Shown: positions 1-7,130 of the stretch, piece by piece
Layout of the letters: each line of letters opens with the position of its first letter
Position numbering within the stretch: position 1 is the stretch's first letter
Source: a virus
Lineage: Duplodnaviria; Caudoviricetes
Length of the DNA: 25,078 nt
Virus record (IMG/VR): IMGVR_UViG_3300025084_000205
Coordinates: 1 to 25,078 of that record
Direction: 5' to 3' (one strand)
Position numbers and translations under genes: made by a program
The notes under the pieces: model-generated
Told to the model about the DNA's origin: nothing
The model's input: the letters and a program-made list of their open reading frames with translations, nothing else
Database searches by the model: none

Positions 1-116
1 CACCTAAAGTAGACCGTAGATATAGTGGTAGATATCTAATTGCTAGCTTGACTCATGATACTAATGGCGTTAACATGACTACGGAATTGCTTTTAATGAA
101 GGATTCCACCATATAA
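1..116 (+). CDS. 3' end of a gene truncated by the window edge; probable baseplate hub (gp27/GpD-like) protein
   Basis: Frame from position 3 reads PKVDRRYSGRYLIASLTHDTNGVNMTTELLLMKDSTI* (TAA 114-116). 'SGRYLIxxLxH' resembles the C-terminus of gp27/GpD-like hub proteins, and gp5 lies nearby. Not in the ORF track. Confidence 0.5.
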   Translation, partial: PKVDRRYSGRYLIASLTHDTNGVNMTTELLLMKDSTI

Positions 117-120
117 ATCA

Positions 121-128
121 AATAAATA
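121..128 (+). promoter_or_regulatory. T4-type late promoter-like motif AATAAATA upstream of cp12
   Basis: 7/8 match to TATAAATA in a short intergenic gap, followed by RBS AGGAGG (140-145) and ATG at 150. Confidence 0.5.
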
Positions 129-149
129 ATTATTACAAAAGGAGGATAC

Positions 150-377
150 ATGGAAAGTATCGAGAAGCATATTGCTGTCGATAAAGAGATTCTAGACAGT
201 CCGTCTACATCTCCACAGCAACGACGTCACATTGAAGGCGAGTTGCATGAGTTAGAAGAGTATGTAGAGCATCACAAAAAAGAAATTGAAGCTGGCGATC
301 ATCACGATCCTAGTTACTTAGAACTTTTCTGTGATCAAAATCCATCTGAACCTGAGTGTTTAGTTTACGAGGATTGA
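150..377 (+). CDS. cp12: CP12 Calvin-cycle inhibitor (phage auxiliary metabolic gene)
   Basis: 75 aa acidic protein ending LELFCDQNPSEPECLVYED, the CP12 C-terminal Cys-pair motif. Strong RBS. Confidence 0.93.
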   Translation: MESIEKHIAVDKEILDSPSTSPQQRRHIEGELHELEEYVEHHKKEIEAGDHHDPSYLELFCDQNPSEPECLVYED

Positions 378-378
378 C

Positions 379-407
379 TTGACAGGGGAGTGAATTTCTT
401 TTAGAAT
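379..407 (+). promoter_or_regulatory. sigma70-type promoter upstream of cpeT
   Basis: TTGACA (379-384), 17 nt spacer, TAGAAT (402-407). Confidence 0.75.
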
Positions 408-433
408 AACCATGTAAGGGTTCAGAGATTGTT

Positions 434-892
434 ATGGCTAAATTTGAAGACTATATCTTAGGTCATTGGGAAAATCGCCACCAAGCACAATCTGATCCAT
501 GCAATTGGGTTTCTGTAGAGATCACTTGGAAACGTCATGATGATGGATTTCAATCTACAAATTTCAAGAGACGAGAAGGGCCAGAGTCTCCTTATCGTCA
601 GAAGAATCACAGGATAGTTGTATTGTCCGAAACCGAAGTGTTAGTAGAGAACTATCACTTGGACTGGACAAGACACGAAGATTGTGATATGATATTTAAG
701 TTCGATGGCAATGCTTGGCACGGTCAACTTGCTGGAGATAAATGTAGAGGTTATAGGGGAGACCGTGTAATTTCTGAAATACACGTCTATAAAGACAAAC
801 TACATACTTGTGACCAAGGAAGAGACTTGGAAACAGGTGAACTTATGTGGGGTAGTACAGAACTGTATCGCTTCACTAGGAAGCCCGAATAG
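434..892 (+). CDS. cpeT: CpeT/CpcT-type phycobiliprotein lyase (phage CpeT)
   Basis: 152 aa with T-type lyase hallmarks G-x-W-x-N-x-x-QA, PYRQ, CDMIF and D-x-G...WGS...Y-x-F. Confidence 0.9.
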   Translation: MAKFEDYILGHWENRHQAQSDPCNWVSVEITWKRHDDGFQSTNFKRREGPESPYRQKNHRIVVLSETEVLVENYHLDWTRHEDCDMIFKFDGNAWHGQLAGDKCRGYRGDRVISEIHVYKDKLHTCDQGRDLETGELMWGSTELYRFTRKPE

Positions 893-954
893 CTCAGAGG
901 TAGAGCACCTCCTTTACACGGAGATTGTCGGGGGTTCGATCCCCTCTTCGGGCA
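883..954 (+). tRNA. tRNA-Val (anticodon TAC), no encoded CCA
   Basis: Acceptor GCCCGAA/TTCGGGC, D arm GCTC/GAGC, anticodon loop TTTACAC, T arm GGGGG-TTCGATC-CCCTC. Overlaps the last 10 nt of cpeT. Confidence 0.93.
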
Positions 955-970
955 TGTTCAATTTATTATC

Positions 971-1651
971 ATGAACAACAAACTTATTAATGCATTCTTG
1001 ACACTCGGACTTTTGGGGTCTATTAGTCCTGCCATGGCAGAACCCATCAAAGAAACCGAATACAAAACTATGCACTCCATGGGATGTATGCTCCTTGGTG
1101 AATGCACTGATGATGTAGAGAAAGTATACTCAATGCTTGACATCTCGTCACAATATGATAACACTGAAGCATTTACTGGTGTTACTGGTGAGTTTCATAA
1201 CATTCTACACTCACTGAATCAAATTGGAGTTAATGTATTCCTTGCTGATGAGAAGTATTTCCCTAAAATGCATCGTGGTGTATATCACACGGTAAGCAAT
1301 AACTTCTTTTTGAATAAGGAGTTTATGGGTGATCCTGCTACACTCATGATGGTTATGCGTCATGAAGGATGGCACGCTGCACAAGATTGTATGGCAGGTA
1401 CGATTGATAATAGTTTGATTGCTATCATCAAACCTGAAGATGAAGTACCTATGATCTGGAAGGTACTAGTAGAGCGTACATATCCTAAGTCTGCTGTACC
1501 TTGGGAAGCAGAAGCACAGTGGGCAGGTAGAACAGAGAATATGACTATGGATGCTCTTGCAGCGTGTGCTGGTGGTAATATGTGGGAAGTATATGAACCA
1601 ACTCCTTTGACTCGTAAGTATCTTGTAGACTTCGGTTATATTCGCGAATAA
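971..1651 (+). CDS. HExxH (zincin-like) putative metallopeptidase with signal-peptide-like N-terminus
   Basis: N-terminus MNNKLINAFLTLGLLGSISPAMA, a HEGWH motif, and downstream WEAEA as a candidate third zinc ligand. Confidence 0.65.
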   Translation: MNNKLINAFLTLGLLGSISPAMAEPIKETEYKTMHSMGCMLLGECTDDVEKVYSMLDISSQYDNTEAFTGVTGEFHNILHSLNQIGVNVFLADEKYFPKMHRGVYHTVSNNFFLNKEFMGDPATLMMVMRHEGWHAAQDCMAGTIDNSLIAIIKPEDEVPMIWKVLVERTYPKSAVPWEAEAQWAGRTENMTMDALAACAGGNMWEVYEPTPLTRKYLVDFGYIRE

Positions 1652-1654
1652 ATA
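1647..1654 (+). promoter_or_regulatory. late promoter-like motif AATAAATA upstream of gp5
   Basis: Overlaps the upstream stop codon and ends 23 nt before the gp5 ATG. Confidence 0.6.
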
Positions 1655-1677
1655 AATCGTAAAGGTAAAAAGATAAC

Positions 1678-4263
1678 ATGTCTATTGATGGTATCATTAA
1701 TGAACCCACTATCAATTTTGTTGGTAAAGACGGATTCTTTTGGTGGGTTGGCGAAGTAGAAGATAATACCGACCCTATGGAACTTGGACGAGTGAAAGTC
1801 CGAGTTCTGGGATACTACACCAATGTAAGAGGTGGAACAACTGCTGATCTTCCTACAGAAGCATTACCTTGGGCAACTGTACTACAGCATACGTCTCAAC
1901 CAGGTAATGATGGTCAGGGTGAAAGTTCTGGACAGTTGCAACCAGGTGCAATTGTTATGGGTTTCTTCATGGATGGAGAAAACGCTCAAATGCCTATTGT
2001 TATGGGTGTTATGCGTGTTAACAAATCTCCTGAAACTAATACCAAGAATGTCTTTGCTTTTACAGGCGAAACTATGGAACCAGGTAGCACTGGTCATGTA
2101 AATCCAGTCTTATATCATCCTGCAGATCCAACTTATAGTGTAGTTAACGAGAGAGGTAACGCAGGAAATAAACAAAGAGGTAACGACGGTAATAACAGTG
2201 TTCCTATTCCTGGTGGAACAAAAACAACACAGGTTGCTGGTAAAGGAGCACCAGCAGGTAGAACTATTGGTTCTTACACTGCTGGTAGTTCTGGTAATCC
2301 TCATAAACCAAAGACTGTAAGTAAACCTCTTCCTGCTGCAAATGGTGTTGGTGGACCTTGGAAAACGTTAGAGTACCAACTATCATATCTCGTAGAAGAT
2401 ATTGCGTCTCATGCAGGTAACCTAGTTAAAGCAGAAGATGGCGACTTCTTAAATATTGTTACTGGCAAACTCGTTAGTGCAAAAGCACTAATGGCAAAGA
2501 TGCAAAACTTTTTAGGTGCTGTATTCGCTCAAATTGTTTCTGCAATTAGGCAACAGATTAGTGCTCTTGCTGAACAACTAGAGTTAGTGAATCTCTTAGG
2601 TTCAATTGGTGCGGGTATTCCTTTTGCTCTTACGACAGTAATTCAGACAGCAGTTGTTACTATCCTGAAAGCATTGTGTGCAGTCGATAATCAATTGATT
2701 GGCATGATTCAGGATCCTATTGGAGCATTGACTTCACAGTTAGATTCATTTTTGGATGGTCTGATTGATAAGGCAGCATTGGTTGTACAAGGTGTTCAGG
2801 ATGTTGTTAACAGCATTGTCTGTAGTGTACAGTCAGTTCTTTCTACTATGCTGTCTGTAGTTGATACTGTAAAGACTATCGTAAGCGGATATGAGCAAGC
2901 AACTGAAATCATTGATGCATGGCAACAAGGTTCTGAAATTTTTGCTGCAGGATTTGATGGTCTTTTGAATGGTATTACAAGTATCACAGGTCTTATTAAG
3001 TTATTCATTAAGTTTATTCCTACTCCTTGTGGTAGAAGTGCTGATGGTGGTAAAGATACTGTTGGTTGGTATCCTTTATATGGTGTAACTCATTGTACTG
3101 AGGAAGAACTTGAGAGTATTCAAAAGATCATGGGTACTGATAGGGGGAGAAAATCTTGTGGAGATGCTTTTGGTGCTGGTAGTCTTATAGATTCTATCTT
3201 AGAAGATGCAGATCCATATCTAGTTGCCGCGACAACATTTTTAGATGGTGCGTCTGAACTTCATATCGGTACTCCTGGTCGTCAAGCAACAGTATCAAAA
3301 AGAGCAAATGGTACTACGCATATTTCCACAAATATTAATCAGACCGAGGCAGCAAGAAGAAATGCACAAGATCAATTTCAGAGAAAGAACCCTGATGCAA
3401 CAGAGGAAGAAATACAAAAAGCAGTAAAACAATTTGAAAAAGATAATAACTCTGGTAAAGGAAATACTGGTTCATTAGTTGCTGATGACGTCAGTTATGC
3501 GGGCAACTTAACAGCATCAGTTGCTGGTGATGATTGTAAAATTATCGATAATGATTACGTTAGAACTATTAATGGGGATTATTTCTTAAAAGTTACTGGC
3601 AATTGCCATCTTGAAGTTGGTGGGGGATTCTTCTTGTCTGCTGAAGGTGGTCCCCGAATGGTAGATAAGAACGGTGAAAGTAATGGATCAGGACAAAGTA
3701 TTCAGAAACATACTATGCGGTTTGGTTCTGACCTTGATGTGAATGTTACTGGTGCTAGATTGAATCTACAGTCAGCAGAAATGGATCTACATGCAAATAA
3801 GCATCAAATTTCTGGTGGGGTTCTGGATAATAGTTGTTCTAAACAAACATATGCTGCTGGTGAACTTACGCTAGCAGGGGACAGTACAATCAATATGTCC
3901 ACAACACACTTAACACAGTTGATTAATACTCCACCCAATCCATTGGCAGCAAAGGTTGGTATTACTACTGTATGTGCAGGATCTATTATTACGACACAGA
4001 CTCCTGGAGCATTGAATGGTGTTGATACTGTTCCTACCAACTCGATTATCATCGCAGCAGGAACGATCACTAGACAGTGTGGAGCAGCAGGATATAATCT
4101 AAATATTGGTGCTGGCGCATATGTTTGTAATGTTGGTGCTGGTGCATGGACTACAACAGTTGGAGCAGGTGCTGCGACCCTTACTGCTACCGCTGGTGCC
4201 ATGGCATTAACTGCTGCTGCTGGCATTATGCAACTGACTGCTCTGACAATCAAACTGAACTGA
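1678..4263 (+). CDS. gp5: baseplate hub/central spike protein, T4 gp5-like (OB-fold N-terminus, beta-helix C-terminus, no recognisable lysozyme domain)
   Basis: N-terminal FxWWVGEVED..DP..LGRVKVRVLGYY..LPWA..VMGFFMDG..Q.P.VMG is the gp5 OB-fold signature. C-terminal short G-spaced beta repeats (VAGDD, INGDY, VTGNC, VGGGF, GAGA). Confidence 0.88.
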   Translation: MSIDGIINEPTINFVGKDGFFWWVGEVEDNTDPMELGRVKVRVLGYYTNVRGGTTADLPTEALPWATVLQHTSQPGNDGQGESSGQLQPGAIVMGFFMDGENAQMPIVMGVMRVNKSPETNTKNVFAFTGETMEPGSTGHVNPVLYHPADPTYSVVNERGNAGNKQRGNDGNNSVPIPGGTKTTQVAGKGAPAGRTIGSYTAGSSGNPHKPKTVSKPLPAANGVGGPWKTLEYQLSYLVEDIASHAGNLVKAEDGDFLNIVTGKLVSAKALMAKMQNFLGAVFAQIVSAIRQQISALAEQLELVNLLGSIGAGIPFALTTVIQTAVVTILKALCAVDNQLIGMIQDPIGALTSQLDSFLDGLIDKAALVVQGVQDVVNSIVCSVQSVLSTMLSVVDTVKTIVSGYEQATEIIDAWQQGSEIFAAGFDGLLNGITSITGLIKLFIKFIPTPCGRSADGGKDTVGWYPLYGVTHCTEEELESIQKIMGTDRGRKSCGDAFGAGSLIDSILEDADPYLVAATTFLDGASELHIGTPGRQATVSKRANGTTHISTNINQTEAARRNAQDQFQRKNPDATEEEIQKAVKQFEKDNNSGKGNTGSLVADDVSYAGNLTASVAGDDCKIIDNDYVRTINGDYFLKVTGNCHLEVGGGFFLSAEGGPRMVDKNGESNGSGQSIQKHTMRFGSDLDVNVTGARLNLQSAEMDLHANKHQISGGVLDNSCSKQTYAAGELTLAGDSTINMSTTHLTQLINTPPNPLAAKVGITTVCAGSIITTQTPGALNGVDTVPTNSIIIAAGTITRQCGAAGYNLNIGAGAYVCNVGAGAWTTTVGAGAATLTATAGAMALTAAAGIMQLTALTIKLN

Positions 4264-4266
4264 CCC

Positions 4267-4295
4267 TTGACATCCTGCCTCAGACCTGCTATACT
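4267..4295 (+). promoter_or_regulatory. sigma70-type early promoter with extended -10
   Basis: TTGACA (4267-4272), 17 nt spacer, TATACT (4290-4295), TG at 4287-4288. Confidence 0.85.
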
Positions 4296-4318
4296 ACATA
4301 GGTACTGAAGAGACCAAC

Positions 4319-4510
4319 ATGGACTCCCTCTCACACATCTTCGTAAACTTCTCCAAACGTAAAATGACTCTGGTTGATGACGAAGGATATGAGAAAGATG
4401 TTCAATGGAAATTCGATGACGAAGGTTCAGAAGGATTTGCCGAAACAATCTCTGAAGTTCAGGAGATTATTGATAACGACTTGATTACCTATTGCTTTGC
4501 TGTACAATGA
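4319..4510 (+). CDS. small acidic hypothetical protein
   Basis: 63 aa ORF directly behind a consensus promoter; stop overlaps the next ATG (ATGA). Confidence 0.75.
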   Translation: MDSLSHIFVNFSKRKMTLVDDEGYEKDVQWKFDDEGSEGFAETISEVQEIIDNDLITYCFAVQ

Positions 4511-4728
4511 TTGGACCGATTGGTGTTACGCTAGAACAAGCAGAAGATAACTTTGAGTTTCTCTTAGATCTCACAGATAATCAACGTGTTTGTTGGAAGA
4601 TTACTCGTCCTGACGGTAAATCTGTAATGATGGTTCCTGTCAACGAGGTTTCGCCAGTTCCAGACGAAATTCAAACTCAAGTGGAAGAATTCCAAAAACA
4701 ATTCCTGGAACAAAATGAAGATAGTTGA
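4507..4728 (+). CDS. small protein, possibly Phd/YefM antitoxin-like fold
   Basis: ATG 4507 (ATGA coupling) preferred over TTG 4492. The pattern VTLEQAEDNFEFLLD...ITRPDGKSVMMVP resembles the Phd/YefM N-terminal domain. Confidence 0.55.
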   Translation: MIGPIGVTLEQAEDNFEFLLDLTDNQRVCWKITRPDGKSVMMVPVNEVSPVPDEIQTQVEEFQKQFLEQNEDS

Positions 4729-5212
4729 TAACTTTCTTGCTGAGGATGACTTTAGAATACTTGAGATGACTATCATGAACACTCATGATAAAGAATTTCC
4801 CTTCTACATTCAAAAAAGTGTTGCTCACAGCAGTGAAAAAACAGAACCATGGTCATGGATGGGAACACATATGATTTACCATCAACTTGAACCTAAGAGT
4901 CCTTTCTTTGGTATTATGAGTCATATGTTTCTGAGTAAGATTCAGATGCGTTCTCTACTTAGAATCAAAGCAAATTTTTTCCCTTGGACACCTGAAGTAA
5001 AAACACACCCATTTCACGTTGATTATACATTTGAAAACATGGGTGCAGTATTTTCTATCAATACATGTGATGGATACACATTATTTGAAGATGGAACTAA
5101 GGTAGATAGTGTAGCAAATCGAATGATGTTTTTCGATCCCCAAGTTAAACACAGTTCTTCTACAACAACCAATGCCCATGGCAGATTCAATATTAATTTT
5201 AATTTCTTATGA
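4715..5212 (+). CDS. 2OG-Fe(II) oxygenase superfamily protein
   Basis: Starts IVDNFL; has HxD (HVD), distal H (KHSS) and R-x-x-I-N-x-N. Clear paralogue of 21844..22341. Confidence 0.82.
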   Translation: MKIVDNFLAEDDFRILEMTIMNTHDKEFPFYIQKSVAHSSEKTEPWSWMGTHMIYHQLEPKSPFFGIMSHMFLSKIQMRSLLRIKANFFPWTPEVKTHPFHVDYTFENMGAVFSINTCDGYTLFEDGTKVDSVANRMMFFDPQVKHSSSTTTNAHGRFNINFNFL

Positions 5213-5448
5213 GACCTGAAACTCGCGAATCAATGGAAAACCTTTGGTCCGCTAAATGGAACTTACCAAAGGCAGCAAGAAATTGCAACTTGACAGATAA
5301 GGAAATGAAAATTACATTCAATGAGTATTGTGCTTTTCATCCCCCTACCTGGGAAATTGGTAACACCAAACAAATTGGGGTGCTCCACATTGATGGGAGT
5401 GTGGCGGAATCGGTAGACGCACCAGACTTAAAATCTGTTGAGAATTAA
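5209..5448 (+). CDS. hypothetical protein whose 3' end runs into tRNA-Leu
   Basis: ATGA-coupled to the upstream gene. The last 54 nt lie within the tRNA. Confidence 0.65.
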   Translation: MRPETRESMENLWSAKWNLPKAARNCNLTDKEMKITFNEYCAFHPPTWEIGNTKQIGVLHIDGSVAESVDAPDLKSVEN

Positions 5449-5479
5449 TCTCGTGGGGGTTCAAGTCCCCCCACTCCTA
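5395..5479 (+). tRNA. tRNA-Leu (anticodon TAA), long variable arm, no CCA
   Basis: Acceptor GGGAGTG/CACTCCT, D arm GCG..GGTAGACGC, anticodon loop CTTAAAA, variable arm GAGA-ATTAA-TCTC, T arm GGGGG-TTCAAGT-CCCCC. Confidence 0.93.
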
Positions 5480-5486
5480 TATACCT

Positions 5487-5529
5487 GGGGGAGTACAAAA
5501 GATCTGCAAGTAGAAGCAGCGCCCCCTTT
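5487..5529 (+). other. GC-rich structured element downstream of tRNA-Leu (possible small RNA, processing signal or atypical terminator)
   Basis: GGGGG (5487-5491) can pair with CCCCC (5522-5526), enclosing a CTGC/GCAG hairpin and an A-rich bulge; followed by TTT. Confidence 0.4.
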
Positions 5530-5547
5530 ACATAATGAGAAAGTAGT

Positions 5548-6096
5548 ATGATTAAAGTAATTGATAATTTCCTAGATCAATATTATATTGATTATTTGGA
5601 AGATTGTGTAACTAATCAATCTTTTGAATGGAAATATCAAAAAAATGTTTCTACTTTTACTGAGGACGAATCAGGTTGGTTACATGGATTTAGTCATGGA
5701 TTATATGATCCTAACTATGGACTCCGATTTGATGATTCTAAAGGACAAATATGGATTCCTGCTATACTAAAAATGGAACAGGAACTCATTAAAGAGAAAG
5801 CATCTTTAATCAGAACAAGACTAGACATGACGGTGAAGTCACCCAAAAATACTTTACATACACCTCATGTAGATCTTAAACAACCTCATTGGACTACTAT
5901 CCTTTATCTAAAAGATTCGGATGGGGATACTGTAATCTATAACGAAAGAGTACAATCCGAAACATATACAGTCCAACAAACTGTAGAACCTAAAAAGAAT
6001 AGAATTGTATTCTTTGATGGTAGTTTCTATCATACGGGACATTCACCAAGTAAACGTATGAATCGCATCTTATTGAACAGTAATTTTGTTAAATAA
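5548..6096 (+). CDS. 2OG-Fe(II) oxygenase superfamily protein
   Basis: VIDNFL start, PHVD, ILYL..SDGDT, PKKNRIVFFDG..YHTG, R..LN.N. Confidence 0.85.
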   Translation: MIKVIDNFLDQYYIDYLEDCVTNQSFEWKYQKNVSTFTEDESGWLHGFSHGLYDPNYGLRFDDSKGQIWIPAILKMEQELIKEKASLIRTRLDMTVKSPKNTLHTPHVDLKQPHWTTILYLKDSDGDTVIYNERVQSETYTVQQTVEPKKNRIVFFDGSFYHTGHSPSKRMNRILLNSNFVK

Positions 6097-6110
6097 GATG
6101 CCTTATTATC

Positions 6111-6182
6111 GCCTCCGTAGCTCAGTGGTAGAGCAGGGCTTTTGTAAAGCTCAGGTCGCAAGTTCAAATCTTGTCAGAGGCT
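6111..6182 (+). tRNA. tRNA-Thr (anticodon TGT), no CCA
   Basis: Acceptor GCCTCCG/CAGAGGC with one C-A mismatch, anticodon arm GGGCT-TTTGTAA-AGCTC, T arm GCAAG-TTCAAAT-CTTGT. Confidence 0.9.
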
Positions 6183-6187
6183 CTCAA

Positions 6188-6260
6188 TCCTCTATAGCTC
6201 AGTTGGTAGAGCAGGTGACTGTTAATCACCCTGTCCCTGGTTCGAGTCCAGGTGGAGGAG
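6188..6260 (+). tRNA. tRNA-Asn (anticodon GTT), no CCA
   Basis: Acceptor TCCTCTA/TGGAGGA, anticodon arm GGTGA-CTGTTAA-TCACC, T arm CCTGG-TTCGAGT-CCAGG. Confidence 0.94.
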
Positions 6261-6277
6261 TTAGTAACAATTATATT

Positions 6278-6637
6278 ATGAATTATCAATATCCTTTGTA
6301 CGCACCATATTGGAAGGTTGACCTCTTTCATAAATCATGGTATAGTACACTCAGTTCTCTTTTCAAGATGATTAATGTCAAGGACAACGCAGACGGTTCA
6401 TTCGTCATCGAATGGGACGAAAACAACGAAGAAGAAAGCATCTTCAACGACTGGACGAAAGAAGACTTCACAAACTTCCTCGCCTGGGCAGCAAAAGAAG
6501 AACTCCGTAAGAACTCAGAAGAATCTGGAGAAAAATCTGGAGAAGATGGAGACTCCAAAGAAGCGACAGAGGAAGACTGGGAAGACTTCTGGCACGGTCC
6601 AGAAGCAAATAAAATTGAAGGTGATGAACTCTCGTAA
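6278..6637 (+). CDS. acidic hypothetical protein (start 6278 or 6368)
   Basis: Downstream part of track ORF 6086..6637 after removing the stretch that overlaps two tRNAs. Confidence 0.6.
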   Translation: MNYQYPLYAPYWKVDLFHKSWYSTLSSLFKMINVKDNADGSFVIEWDENNEEESIFNDWTKEDFTNFLAWAAKEELRKNSEESGEKSGEDGDSKEATEEDWEDFWHGPEANKIEGDELS

Positions 6638-6791
6638 GAAAGATTTATTCCCATGGGTTGAAACTTTTCCGTACTTCATGCAAGATATGAGTGAGGGTAA
6701 AAAGTGTTGGTTTACCTGTGAAGAACATGCTGAAAAGTATGTAAATAGATACAATTGTAATTACAAACTTTATCTGTATACTGGCAAATGA
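6624..6791 (+). CDS. small hypothetical protein (MNSRKKDLFPW...CWFTCEEHAEKY...)
   Basis: C-terminal 55 aa of track ORF 6375..6791 from ATG 6624; tiles with its neighbours. Confidence 0.7.
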   Translation: MNSRKKDLFPWVETFPYFMQDMSEGKKCWFTCEEHAEKYVNRYNCNYKLYLYTGK

Positions 6792-6946
6792 CTAAGAAAA
6801 CATTTAAGTCCAAGAAGAATGCACAGTGGGAGTATGATGAAACTCCAGAGGTTCGCGCAGCAATTGCTCGTCTCCATGAAGATATTCGCAAACGTAGTCT
6901 AAAGGATGAAGATGATAAACTAGGTTATGACACAGGATCTAAGTAA
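6788..6946 (+). CDS. 52 aa hypothetical protein, not in the ORF track
   Basis: ATGA-coupled. MTKKTFKSKKNAQWEYDETPEVRAAIARLHEDIRKRSLKDEDDKLGYDTGSK* fills the gap exactly. Confidence 0.7.
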   Translation: MTKKTFKSKKNAQWEYDETPEVRAAIARLHEDIRKRSLKDEDDKLGYDTGSK

Positions 6947-7130
6947 GTATCAATTCAATGGTCTTGAACGTCACCCTGCTAACATACTAAGATTGATTAG
7001 TGAGTTAGAAGGATCATATCAACTCTGTAAATGGATGGGGTTTGAAGAAGATATGAACACGCTCAATGAAATGAAAAAACCGTATTACAAACTTTATTTC
7101 AAACTTAAACGAGAGCAAAACAATGAATGA
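6927..7130 (+). CDS. hypothetical protein
   Basis: 67 aa ORF overlapping both neighbours in operon fashion. Confidence 0.72.
   Translation: MTQDLSKYQFNGLERHPANILRLISELEGSYQLCKWMGFEEDMNTLNEMKKPYYKLYFKLKREQNNE

Noticed and set aside
3804-4448. 214 aa minus-strand ORF
   Set aside because: Antisense shadow of the GCT/GGT/ACT-rich gp5 C-terminus, and it crosses a plus-strand promoter. All credible genes are on the plus strand.
5480-5545. HDV-like (theta) ribozyme or known riboswitch after tRNA-Leu
   Set aside because: Could not build the nested pseudoknot or a recognisable aptamer by eye; kept only as an unexplained structure.
6086-6277. N-terminal extension of track ORF 6086..6637
   Set aside because: It is a chance read-through of tRNA-Thr and tRNA-Asn from a TTG; ATGs at 6278 and 6368 are more plausible starts.
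6375-6623. 5' part of track ORF 6375..6791
   Set aside because: Alternative frame fully overlapping the acidic gene 6278..6637; only the part from ATG 6624 tiles sensibly.
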